A program made the translations under genes and the position numbers. Of a stretch of DNA of 64,000 nt, positions 1 through 8,700 are shown in pieces. The DNA lies in IMG/VR virus record IMGVR_UViG_3300021185_003028; one strand, given 5' to 3'. The notes under the pieces are model-generated. The model was given only the letters and a program-made list of their open reading frames with translations. It had not been told where the DNA came from and made no database searches. This stretch comes from an uncultured virus (IMG/VR IMGVR_UViG_3300021185_003028). Lineage: Duplodnaviria; Heunggongvirae; Uroviricota; Caudoviricetes. How positions within the stretch are numbered: the first letter of the stretch is position 1; each line of letters opens with the position of its first letter.

Positions 1-374
1 TCTACGCCATCAGCACCGTCCGCTCCTGCTATTCCCTGTGGGCCTTGAGCACCCTGAGCACCATCGTTTCCGTCCGCTCCTGCCGCTCCTGCCGCTCCCT
101 GTGGGCCAGTAGCACCTTGAGCACCCTGAGCACCTTGAGCACCCGCAGGGCCAGTAGCACCTTGCGTTCCTTGCGTTCCTTGCACTCCACGCACGCCCTG
201 TGGCCCTCTTGGGCCAACAGTGCCTGTTCCCCCCGTCGTGGTCGTTTGAGTGGCTACAACGCCCTCTCTCGTGGCTAAATAGACCAATTGGTTGTAGGTG
301 AGTGAGTTAGGGGTGTCGATACCCGCCGCTTTCAATTTGCTTCGTAACTCCTGTGCCGAATATCTAATCGTCAT
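1..374 (-). CDS. Collagen-like (Gly-X-Y repeat) protein, probable virion fibre; runs off the window start
   Basis: Not in the ORF track. Manual translation from the ATG at 374 gives MTIRYSAQELRSKLK...GTVGPRGPQGVRGVQGTQGTQGATGPAGAQGAQ..., open to position 1. Confidence 0.8.
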   Translation of the reverse strand, partial: MTIRYSAQELRSKLKAAGIDTPNSLTYNQLVYLATREGVVATQTTTTGGTGTVGPRGPQGVRGVQGTQGTQGATGPAGAQGAQGAQGATGPQGAAGAAGADGNDGAQGAQGPQGIAGADGADGV

Positions 375-666
375 CACGAATCACTTCCTTCACATCAAAA
401 TTGAGAAACCCTGACCTGAAAGACATGATGGTGTTATCGGGGTCAATAGACGAATCACCGAGGCCGAACATCTGATTGAGATATTCGTGCTTATCTCCCT
501 GTGGATTCTCAACGATGAACAGTTCGCTTTTGGTGTCAATGTGCCACTCGGCATCGACTTCGACCAGTTCGCATACAGCGTTGAAGTCGCCCCATTTGTC
601 CTTCTCATAGAGAGTGGTTATGTTCATTCCGTCGCCGTCTGATTCTGTAAATGAAATCATATCCAC
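364..666 (-). CDS. Hypothetical protein (acidic)
   Basis: 100 aa ORF overlapping both neighbours in the same orientation. Confidence 0.6.
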   Translation of the reverse strand: MDMISFTESDGDGMNITTLYEKDKWGDFNAVCELVEVDAEWHIDTKSELFIVENPQGDKHEYLNQMFGLGDSSIDPDNTIMSFRSGFLNFDVKEVIRDDD

Positions 667-1139
667 TCATCCCCAAAGGCATGTTCAAAATCGACCCTGT
701 CGGTCATTTTGACTTGCGCTGTCTTGGGGTTGGATTGGCCTTTATTGATTGTTGCGACCGATGAGGTCATGTGATGGTACAGAGATTCGATGAGGTCGAG
801 TGGGTTGTAGTCTCCACCCTTGCCGACTTGGATGCGGCCAGTACCTTGCATGTCACGAAAAGTGAATGACCACTCGCCTGACCCTGTGGTCAGAACCTTG
901 ACTGTTGGCTGACGAGGATTGTCGCCCTCGGCATACCCGTGTATCTCCATGCTGTTCGTGCCTGCTACGACCCAATTGATTATTTGCATCTCGTTCCCGT
1001 CTCCCTCGTCGTGCATGGTGTGTGTTTTGCATACGGGGTTAATTTGGGTTTCATGCCATTGGCTCAATCGGACAGACTGTCGTCCACCCATCCTCGTTGT
1101 CTCCGAGAACTGCTCCGCCTTTGGAGAATCGAATGTCAA
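657..1139 (-). CDS. Hypothetical protein
   Basis: 160 aa ORF; start uncertain. Confidence 0.55.
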   Translation of the reverse strand: MTFDSPKAEQFSETTRMGGRQSVRLSQWHETQINPVCKTHTMHDEGDGNEMQIINWVVAGTNSMEIHGYAEGDNPRQPTVKVLTTGSGEWSFTFRDMQGTGRIQVGKGGDYNPLDLIESLYHHMTSSVATINKGQSNPKTAQVKMTDRVDFEHAFGDEWI

Positions 1140-1260
1140 ATGGTTGCGCTTTTTTCTTAGCGGACAAAGCCCAAACGGCTTTCAGTCCGTCTTTCAGAGT
1201 TCCTTCGTGATGAATCTCGATGGTCTCGTCGTGAAATGCTACGGTGATAAGGTAATCCAT
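1051..1260 (-). CDS. Small hypothetical protein
   Basis: ATG (MDYLITV) follows a TTAAGTAGGTG promoter at the usual spacing. Confidence 0.5.
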   Translation of the reverse strand: MDYLITVAFHDETIEIHHEGTLKDGLKAVWALSAKKKAQPFDIRFSKGGAVLGDNEDGWTTVCPIEPMA

Positions 1261-1284
1261 GTTTCGACTATGACCCACACCTAC

Positions 1285-1974
1285 TTAATCGACTCGGTCA
1301 AGACTCTTTTTGCGAGTGAAATTGAGTATCTCATTTTTCCATGCCTGATACCCGTCCCATTCCTCAAAATTGCCTCGTGCTCGTAGCCATCGTGCTCGCT
1401 CAATCGGCTTGCGCCGTTCACGCTCTTCGGGTGTGTATTTGATGTAGTCTCCGTTCTCGTCTCTCGGTATGATGTGGTGTTTGGTCTCTCGGTTGTATTC
1501 GACCGCTTCACAGGCCCGTGCGACCCTAAGAGAGGATATTGCCACTGCCATGTCGTCGTTGCCTACTCCTCGTGAGAATCGGAAGGGGCGTTCGTTGAAC
1601 ATATCCTCGTGACCGCACACAGCGAACCAAGCCTCGATGCCTGTGCCTCTGAATATCTGAATTGACCACCCGTCTTTCAATAACTTGGACTGACGAACCA
1701 ATGTCTCCGATGCCAATAGGTCGAGCATGGGAAAGTTCTCTCGATTTGAACACGATTTGTTCGATACGAGAAGACTCCATGCGGCTTGCTCAACCGTCTC
1801 TATTCCATACGATAGGTCTGACCCAATCCAATCAAGAGGTTGCATGATGTACCCTTCATCGACAAAGGCGTCACTTTGAATCAACACCGAATATCTGACG
1901 AGCCATTCGTCACCTCGCTTGACAATTCTCATGTACGAATCGGCTTGCTTGCTTGGGTCATTCATAGTATTCAT
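1285..1974 (-). CDS. Hypothetical protein
   Basis: 229 aa ORF in a gene-dense - strand run. Confidence 0.65.
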   Translation of the reverse strand: MNTMNDPSKQADSYMRIVKRGDEWLVRYSVLIQSDAFVDEGYIMQPLDWIGSDLSYGIETVEQAAWSLLVSNKSCSNRENFPMLDLLASETLVRQSKLLKDGWSIQIFRGTGIEAWFAVCGHEDMFNERPFRFSRGVGNDDMAVAISSLRVARACEAVEYNRETKHHIIPRDENGDYIKYTPEERERRKPIERARWLRARGNFEEWDGYQAWKNEILNFTRKKSLDRVD

Positions 1975-2155
1975 CTCCTGATTTCAAGACTTTGAGTGCG
2001 TTCTGAGTGTCTCCCTTTTCCAAGAATGACATAGCAATGCGGCGTATGGCAATCTCGTGTCTAAGCGACTCTGAGACGCTTGCGGCCCTCTGCAACAGTA
2101 TGTGTTCAAGGTCTGTGGTGAATCGGTATAATCGTTCTTCATTCTGTGCCGTCAT
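1958..2155 (-). CDS. Small hypothetical helical protein
   Basis: Probable start MTAQNEE, overlapping the upstream stop. Confidence 0.5.
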   Translation of the reverse strand: MTAQNEERLYRFTTDLEHILLQRAASVSESLRHEIAIRRIAMSFLEKGDTQNALKVLKSGDEYYE

Positions 2156-2468
2156 TCCAATCATCGTCCTTGATGTAGAGTGCAACCTTGCGAACGCCCT
2201 GTTGAGTAAGCCCTGCCTGCTCAAGGAGTCTTCGTGACTGCAACGCACCCTGTTCACCCAAGTATATGACCTCTCCTGTGCGCTTCATTGCGGACAGAAC
2301 CATGCCGACTTCTCTGACGGTTGGGATTGATTTGTATTTGGTTTTCAATATCGTTATCAGGTCGGTTGCTGTGAACGGTTCAGGTTTGCCGTTCTCATCT
2401 CGACTTTGCTCCATAGCCCATCGAGTCATTTTATTGCGTTGAACGCCTTTGCTGTTGCCTCTTGCCAC
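2139..2468 (-). CDS. Putative winged helix-turn-helix DNA-binding protein
   Basis: PFTATDLITIL...PTVREVGMVLSAMKRTGEV pattern, similar to 51391..51684. Confidence 0.55.
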   Translation of the reverse strand: MARGNSKGVQRNKMTRWAMEQSRDENGKPEPFTATDLITILKTKYKSIPTVREVGMVLSAMKRTGEVIYLGEQGALQSRRLLEQAGLTQQGVRKVALYIKDDDWNDGTE

Positions 2469-2888
2469 TCAAAAAGCCTCCGTGCTTCTTGTGAATACTG
2501 TGCCATTGACAACAGACTCTTCGGTGATTATATCTGAGGGAGCGGGGACGAGACCCTGCTCGACCTTCTCGGCCCATGTTAGACCTGTCAAATGGTTGAA
2601 TGACTTTTTCATGTTTTGAATGCGTTGTTGGCAATTGCTCAATTGGGTTTGGATTAACTCAATCAAGGTCTCGATTTGTCTTTCCTCATAGACTGTTCCT
2701 TTTGGTGTTCTTGTTTCAGGGTTCACCATCAGGAATGCCTTTCGTGCCGAGTGAAGGGCTTTGAGTCCCTCAATGGCCTGCATTAGGCTTAGTTCTTCAT
2801 GTTGGTATAACACGATTGCACCTGCGTTGGCTCGTGCGTTCGTGAGGTCTGCTCCGTATGTTTTCATGCCGTCGTCTTGTTGCGTCAT
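2469..2888 (-). CDS. Hypothetical coiled-coil protein
   Basis: 139 aa; ATG directly follows a TTATATAGG-class promoter. Confidence 0.7.
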   Translation of the reverse strand: MTQQDDGMKTYGADLTNARANAGAIVLYQHEELSLMQAIEGLKALHSARKAFLMVNPETRTPKGTVYEERQIETLIELIQTQLSNCQQRIQNMKKSFNHLTGLTWAEKVEQGLVPAPSDIITEESVVNGTVFTRSTEAF

Positions 2889-2917
2889 GTTCAGTCCTAT
2901 GAGTCACACCTATATAA
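2889..2917 (-). promoter_or_regulatory. Class I promoter (TTATATAGG plus CATAGG or CCTACGAT box); one of about 23 copies
   Basis: TTATATA + 22 nt + ATG; copies near 5215, 5550, 16105, 18820, 22660, 22915, 22945(+), 23110(+), 25415, 27515, 33950, 35900, 37780, 39100, 43290, 46125, 46300, 49030, 49685, 54875, 57280, 57365, 61540. Confidence 0.85.
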
Positions 2918-3724
2918 TCATACCGCATGAAGTATCTCGTGAATCCGTTCAGCGGTTTTCTGACCGATGCCCTCTAATTCGACTAACTGCTCGACTGTTG
3001 CACCACACAGGTCAGCCATAGATGGGAACGCCTGCACGATTTTGCGACGGGTCTTGATGCCCACCTTCGGCAGTGCCTCGATGAGGGCGTTGCGGTACTC
3101 CTGTGGCTTCGGTGAGCGTGGTCGGGGAACATAGAGACGAGTGGTGTCGTCGTCGATTTTATCCATGATTTTACGCATCACGACAGCCGCATCCCACTTG
3201 TCCTCGATGAACACAGGTGGATAGCCCACAGCGCACAGAGCCGCCACGAAGCCCGTCAGGACTTGCTCAGAGACTCCTCTCTCCTCGACCTCTCGCTTGA
3301 TTGCCTCGTATGACTTCGTCACGACGAGGAACGAGTGCTCGGCCTCCTCACGCATTGCGCCCAATTGCCTTAGCCAACGGTCGTCGAACAGAGAATCCAT
3401 GAAGTCGTCCTCCTTGCGTTCGATGCTCGTAGTGCCACCCTTCATGTCGCCGTCACCTGTTTTCAAGTGAGCGACCTCAAATCCGAGCGTGCTAAAGTAC
3501 CCTATCATGAGAGGGTGCTCCCTGTGGTCGATTCGTCGATGACGACCGAGCATCTCCGTGAGTATCGCAGTCGATACCTTCTGTCGCTGTGGGTGGTCGT
3601 CCTCCATTGCTCGGAGCAGTCCCAATTTGTTGCCGAGCGTTCCTTTGTCGATAACCCCCTGCACCTGTTCAGCATCCTCTTTGATTAAGTCCATTCGCTT
3701 GATTCTCATGTCTTTTTCCTCCAT
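2918..3724 (-). CDS. ERCC4/XPF-family structure-specific endonuclease with C-terminal helix-hairpin-helix
   Basis: IDHRE, GD..ERKEDDF motif, then LPKVGIKT and LEGIGQKTAERI HhH pair. Confidence 0.85.
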   Translation of the reverse strand: MEEKDMRIKRMDLIKEDAEQVQGVIDKGTLGNKLGLLRAMEDDHPQRQKVSTAILTEMLGRHRRIDHREHPLMIGYFSTLGFEVAHLKTGDGDMKGGTTSIERKEDDFMDSLFDDRWLRQLGAMREEAEHSFLVVTKSYEAIKREVEERGVSEQVLTGFVAALCAVGYPPVFIEDKWDAAVVMRKIMDKIDDDTTRLYVPRPRSPKPQEYRNALIEALPKVGIKTRRKIVQAFPSMADLCGATVEQLVELEGIGQKTAERIHEILHAV

Positions 3725-4869
3725 TTTCGTTTAACGATTTTTTGGGGTTTCACCTCGCCCATGTCGATGTATCGGGGACAAATGTCACCGACGCAACAGC
3801 CTTTGGCCTTGAGCGTTGAGCAGTTCGGGAATGAGACATAGCGTGGGTCATCGAAGAGCGTCTTCATCTGATGTAGCCTGTGCTCTTTGTTATGCAAGTC
3901 CACATAGCCCATCCGTGTGCCTAACTCCACCCACACCTCTTCAAACGCCTCAAGGGGCATGCCTACGGTCTTAGCGAAGAGTGCTGAATACACCCTGCTT
4001 GAGTGGCTTGGATTGCGCCGCTTTAGTTCATTGGTCACACCCATGCACCTATCCTCAAGAGAGGCTGTGAACACAGCCGTTTCGCTCGTAGCGTCAGTGA
4101 AGCCAAAGTCGGCATCAATCACAGGTCGGATTTCGGTTTCGGGTTTATGCAATTTTACATCGAGCAATTTGATGAGTTCGGGTAAAGTCAGCCGTTGCCC
4201 TGATACATCGGGCATGTGGTATTTTGGTCGATAGGACATATTCTCAATGTCGTTATGCGTCATCGTGTTCAGGATTTCAGACGAGACAGGCATCGAATGT
4301 CGTCCCGACTTCTTGCCATGTCGATTGATGTGAGGGGTGAACGGGAATCGGCACAGCCGCTTGGGGTCGCCAGTCGTTTGCTCGTCGAGCGTGTTCAGTC
4401 CGAGTGTTTTCTTGAGGTGAGTCTGTGTTTGATTGACGAGCGTTTTGAGGGCCTCTCCACTGCCGTCACGGTGGTCAAATCGAAAGCGGGTGGGTCTGTG
4501 TAGGATGAAGCAATGATAGCCCTTAGAGCCGCTGTATTGCACCCAATGGGCTACATCAATCTCAGTCAGGTACTGTGACAGTCGCTGTGCGTCAGCGAAT
4601 GCGTTCTCAGGCTTGCTGTCGTGGTCGAAGTCGAAGAAGGTTAGTCCATAGATGATGGAGCGGGGAATCTGTTTGCCGTTGTCGAACACGAGGTTGTCGT
4701 ACCCTGCGGTGCTGATGAAGCATGATGATTCACCCCACCACTCGTGGTAACTCTTGGCGACCTGCTCCGTTGCATAGACGAAGTGTTGTCGTGGGTTGCC
4801 AATCGCTCTCGGCCAATGATTGAAACCGAGATGTTCGGTCAAATCATCGACTTGCTTGGGCGTCAGCAT
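3706..4869 (-). CDS. Archaeo-eukaryotic primase, catalytic domain fused to PriL-like Fe-S C-terminal domain
   Basis: FFDFD, YSGSKGYH and D..RLCRFP motifs; C-terminal FPNCSTLKAKGCCVGDICP cysteine cluster. Confidence 0.85.
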   Translation of the reverse strand: MLTPKQVDDLTEHLGFNHWPRAIGNPRQHFVYATEQVAKSYHEWWGESSCFISTAGYDNLVFDNGKQIPRSIIYGLTFFDFDHDSKPENAFADAQRLSQYLTEIDVAHWVQYSGSKGYHCFILHRPTRFRFDHRDGSGEALKTLVNQTQTHLKKTLGLNTLDEQTTGDPKRLCRFPFTPHINRHGKKSGRHSMPVSSEILNTMTHNDIENMSYRPKYHMPDVSGQRLTLPELIKLLDVKLHKPETEIRPVIDADFGFTDATSETAVFTASLEDRCMGVTNELKRRNPSHSSRVYSALFAKTVGMPLEAFEEVWVELGTRMGYVDLHNKEHRLHQMKTLFDDPRYVSFPNCSTLKAKGCCVGDICPRYIDMGEVKPQKIVKRKWRKKT

Positions 4870-4899
4870 GGCTGTCATTGCCACACCCACCTACTTAAC

Positions 4900-5196
4900 T
4901 CAAATCGCTGACATATCGTATGCAAGTGCAGTTCCTTGATGCAATGCTTCGTCGATAGCAAGAGCGGCTTTGCGTGCTTTGATGCAAAAGTCAGAGCGTG
5001 CGAGACAGACTTCAATTGAGTCTTGGTCAAATGCACCGTTTTCGATGTATTCGTTGTATGCGTTGAATGCCTCTTGAGCCATGCTTTCGCACGCTTCTTT
5101 CTTACTGAATCGTCGGTCAGAGATGTGCATTTGCATCCAATCTGCAATCATGACTCTTCGGTATGCTACGGTTAGGGTTGTGTTGGGTTTCGCCAT
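4900..5196 (-). CDS. Hypothetical protein
   Basis: ATG (MAKPNTT) follows a TTATATAGG promoter. Confidence 0.65.
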   Translation of the reverse strand: MAKPNTTLTVAYRRVMIADWMQMHISDRRFSKKEACESMAQEAFNAYNEYIENGAFDQDSIEVCLARSDFCIKARKAALAIDEALHQGTALAYDMSAI

Positions 5197-5234
5197 GATT
5201 AACCCTATACTGAACACCTATATAAAGATGCCTG

Positions 5235-5309
5235 TCAAAGGTTTTTGAATCTCCATTCATTGAATCGAATAGCAATATCGACCAACCAAGCGGCTAAAGT
5301 GTATTTCAT
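5235..5309 (-). CDS. Putative 24 aa microprotein MKYTLAAWLVDIAIRFNEWRFKNL
   Basis: ATGA-coupled to the upstream micro-ORF; stop lies 9 nt before the next promoter. Confidence 0.4.
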   Translation of the reverse strand: MKYTLAAWLVDIAIRFNEWRFKNL

Positions 5310-5389
5310 TCCCACTCAACCTCGTCTTGCCAATCAGGCTCACGCACAGCAGGTGTGTCGTCGTCCCAATCAATATCGTCGTCCCACAT
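5306..5389 (-). CDS. Putative 27 aa acidic Trp-rich microprotein MWDDDIDWDDDTPAVREPDWQDEVEWE
   Basis: Strong archaeal Shine-Dalgarno GAGGTGA just upstream of the ATG. Confidence 0.45.
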   Translation of the reverse strand: MWDDDIDWDDDTPAVREPDWQDEVEWE

Positions 5390-5394
5390 CGGCT

Positions 5395-5529
5395 TCACCT
5401 CTGACTCTTGAAGAATGTCACGAGTCGGCAATCGACTCGGTCGAATCCGACCATCACGGATTCGTTGATTATCAGCGTCATTATTAGGCGGTCGTCGAAT
5501 CCGACGGTGTTCAGGTTTTGGTTCGTCAT
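5395..5529 (-). CDS. Putative 44 aa protein MTNQNLNTVGFDDRLIM...
   Basis: ATG at the canonical distance from the TTATATAGGGG promoter at about 5550. Confidence 0.55.
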   Translation of the reverse strand: MTNQNLNTVGFDDRLIMTLIINESVMVGFDRVDCRLVTFFKSQR

Positions 5530-5567
5530 GTTTAACCGTAGGAGTATCCCCTATATAAGGGTTGTTC

Positions 5568-5705
5568 TCAAAGGTATTCGATTGGGATTTTTTCAATATC
5601 CTTAGAAAGCGACCAACAACCACGAATAAAGAGAGCAACGGCCAACCACCAAAATAATTCAAAAACCAAGAATAAAACAGCAATGCCGCCGACGACCTCA
5701 AGCAC
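5568..5705 (-). CDS. Small membrane protein (about 45 aa)
   Basis: Hydrophobic run GGIAVLFLVFELFWWLAVALFI; GTG start overlaps the end of the 1709 aa gene. Confidence 0.4.
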   Translation of the reverse strand: MLEVVGGIAVLFLVFELFWWLAVALFIRGCWSLSKDIEKIPIEYL

Positions 5706-8700
5706 CGAGTCCCGCCTCTCTGACGAATGATGCGGTGTATGGAGTCGTGTCAATACTCCCTCCTTGACGGTTGTAGTCGAATGAGACCATTCGTCCCGTG
5801 AATGTCTTGCTGTCAGCGACACCCGTGTAGTTCACTTCTTGGTACTCGAACTCAACCAACACACCCGATAGCAACAGTTCCTCCATGAACGCTATATCAG
5901 TCTCCTGTGTCTCCTTGAGGAACGCACCCGATAGTGTGAACTCGTCCCCTCGCTGTCCCATGTCAGTCATCTCAGGGTATATTGCATCGAGGATTGGCGT
6001 CTGAGTTATCGCCGCAGTGCGGGTGCGTGTGAACGAGGATGGCTTCGTTGATAGCGTTAGAGGCACGATGAGCGTTGCAGGCAATACCTTGACTACTGCT
6101 TTGGCGTATGGACTGACTGTACCCAACGCATCCGTTACGATGAGCGTTGTCATGTACTCACCCGCCTCAGCAAATGTATGGTCTTGATGCGAGGTTGCAC
6201 CATTGACCCCTGTCGAACCATCTCCAAAAGTCCAAGCAAAATTGGATAGCGACGAAGAGGTATCGACTGTGTATGAGTCTGACCCATCGAGACGGATAGC
6301 CTGACCTGCACGAACCATAGATGGGACTGCACGCAACACAGCCACAGGTTCAGCCGCCACGATTGTCACACGAAGGAACGCATTCGGGATGAGAATGTAG
6401 TCTGACTCGTTGTCAGAATCGTCCTGTGCATAGACCTTAATGTCGTATGTTCCGCCCGCAGGTCGAGACGAATATACATGGGATATGTCGAGTTCAGCAG
6501 AGGTGTCAGGTGTAGTCACAGGCATGAAATCGGTGATTGTACCGTCGCCCATATCGACCTTCAACGCCTTTATTTTTCGGTCGGCGTCAGTGGTCAATCC
6601 TTGCAGTCTCATGGAGATGATGTGACCGACCTTAGTGGTGAATGTCTGAACAGTCGTCTGACCCACTGTCGTTGCAGTAGAGCCGTCGTAGGTGTTCCCG
6701 ATAATCGTGTTCTGTGCTGTTGGCTTATGGTCGAAAAGCACGCTGTATTTTCTGATAATCGGGGTTGCTGACCAGTCGATAGGATGCAAGTCACTTTGCT
6801 CAGACGAAGGAATGTAAAAATTGAAACGGATGACGAACCCATTGACGATTGCCGATGTTGGCAGTGCAGTCAAATCCACTTCACCGACTCCACCAATGAA
6901 GTCAGGGTCGAGGTCTTCAAATCCTGTTATGGGCGTCGTTGCCTCTTTGGCAATTCCTGTCGTCGTTGGAGGTTCAAGTAAAGTCACAGTCACTCTCATT
7001 CCCTTATCGGCCGAGATGTTATCGGCTTCGATTAGAATTGAAGTGTAACGAGCAAGACCCGACACCACATCGACTGCCTGCTGTTTCAGGGTATCGACTG
7101 TGAATGGCAACATTGCAGGCGTTGGTATTTGACGAAGAATAATCTCATCGACCTGCAAATCCGCTGTCGATGTTTGGAGTGCGGGATTGTCGGCACGACA
7201 CATGCGATTGCCTGAGTCTTGAATGAGTAGTGGACTGACGAGACCTGTCGCAGGGTAAAAGTTCTCGATAGTCGCCCAAGTAGGGTTATCGACAAACATT
7301 CGCTTGGTCGTCGGTGCTGTTGCAGTATCGACGGGGTCAATTCCTGAATAATCGTTGTAAATGTCGTTATCGACTTGTACCCGCATCATAGGCTCTTCTG
7401 TGTCGAGGTGAGCGTATTGGGGGAATCCAACATCGACTGAATTGATGAACTGTTGAGCACCTGCGAACATAGGCTCTCTGTTGGGGAAAGCGAATGCGTT
7501 ACATGCCTTGATTTGAAAGCCCCAAATTGGTTCTTGGGCGGATGGGTCAGTGCCAATCGTATCACCGTTGAATATGCAAGTCATTCCACCCGTCGTGAAC
7601 ACTGTTCTAACGGTATTTATTCCTTCATCATACGAGAACAATGGCCCTTGACCGAACCCTGTACCCATGCTCCCGAATCCTGCTGTGGACGGCAATACTA
7701 AGCCCTCAGTGGATTGGAAAGCGGTGTCTGAGAAGTGGGTTGCCGAGGGACAGAACCACACTGCGGGCCTATTATCGACAAACGAAGAGGGGTATGGTGG
7801 GAATGGGGTGTATGTGCCTGTGGCATACGGGTCTTTCTCATCGGGGTCAAGGCTGAAACCCGCCCACTCCGCACCATAACCTGCGGCGGCAGGTGTGGCA
7901 AACCCTGAGTCTATGACTCGTCCTATTGCGTCCCCTAACGAACCCTCAAAGGCTGATGGGTCAGTGACCGTTGTCCCTTCAATGTCTGAGAACTCGTTGT
8001 TGAACCACACACCTGTTTCACCGACACCATCCCACTTGGGCTTGAATCCGAATCCCATGTCCCGTTCCGATGTTTCATAAATCATGTGATGACGACCCAT
8101 ATCGGCGTCCGCACCGTTCATATCGAACTCAATAATTGTCAGTCTGTTGTTGCGCTTGGGGATGAACGCCGTCATCTCCATATCGAGGAAAATAGGCGAG
8201 CATCCTATCTCGGACAATCCGATTTTGGTTGTCTCCTGTGCAGGCTCGACTAAATTGCCCGAACCCGCAGTCCAACCTGTCGCATCAGGCAGGAGTGATG
8301 GAGACATGGAAAGTCGTGTTCCCATTCTCTCGTGAGCAGGCCAACACCTGTTTCGCCCATAGTCCCATCCTGACGGCTTAATGTAGTCCCATGCGTGTCT
8401 TCCTGTCTGAGCATCAATGAATGACCACAGAGGGCTTGAAACACCCCTCCATGCCCATTTAGACGGGCCACCTGAATTAGCGTCACTGTGGCCACCCTCT
8501 GTCGCATCCTGTCGAACCCTCCAAAGGGTGTGAGACAAATTGAACCCAATGTTCGACGCATCAGTGGGTATGTGACCGTCCTTGCCCGTAGCCTCGTATC
8601 GCACAGCCAAGTCGTGTCCGATTGGTGCAGGGATGCGGAGAGAGCCGTTTCCTGTTGATGCAATAGTCGGTGTGTTGGGTGTCATCTCAGCAGTGGGAAC

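Noticed and set aside
29..278. ORF-track calls 29..217 (-) and 45..278 (+)
   Set aside because: Alternative frames of the collagen-like repeat; the real frame runs from 374 off the window edge.
5306..5701. 131 aa ORF
   Set aside because: It runs through a class I promoter and is better explained by separate small genes.
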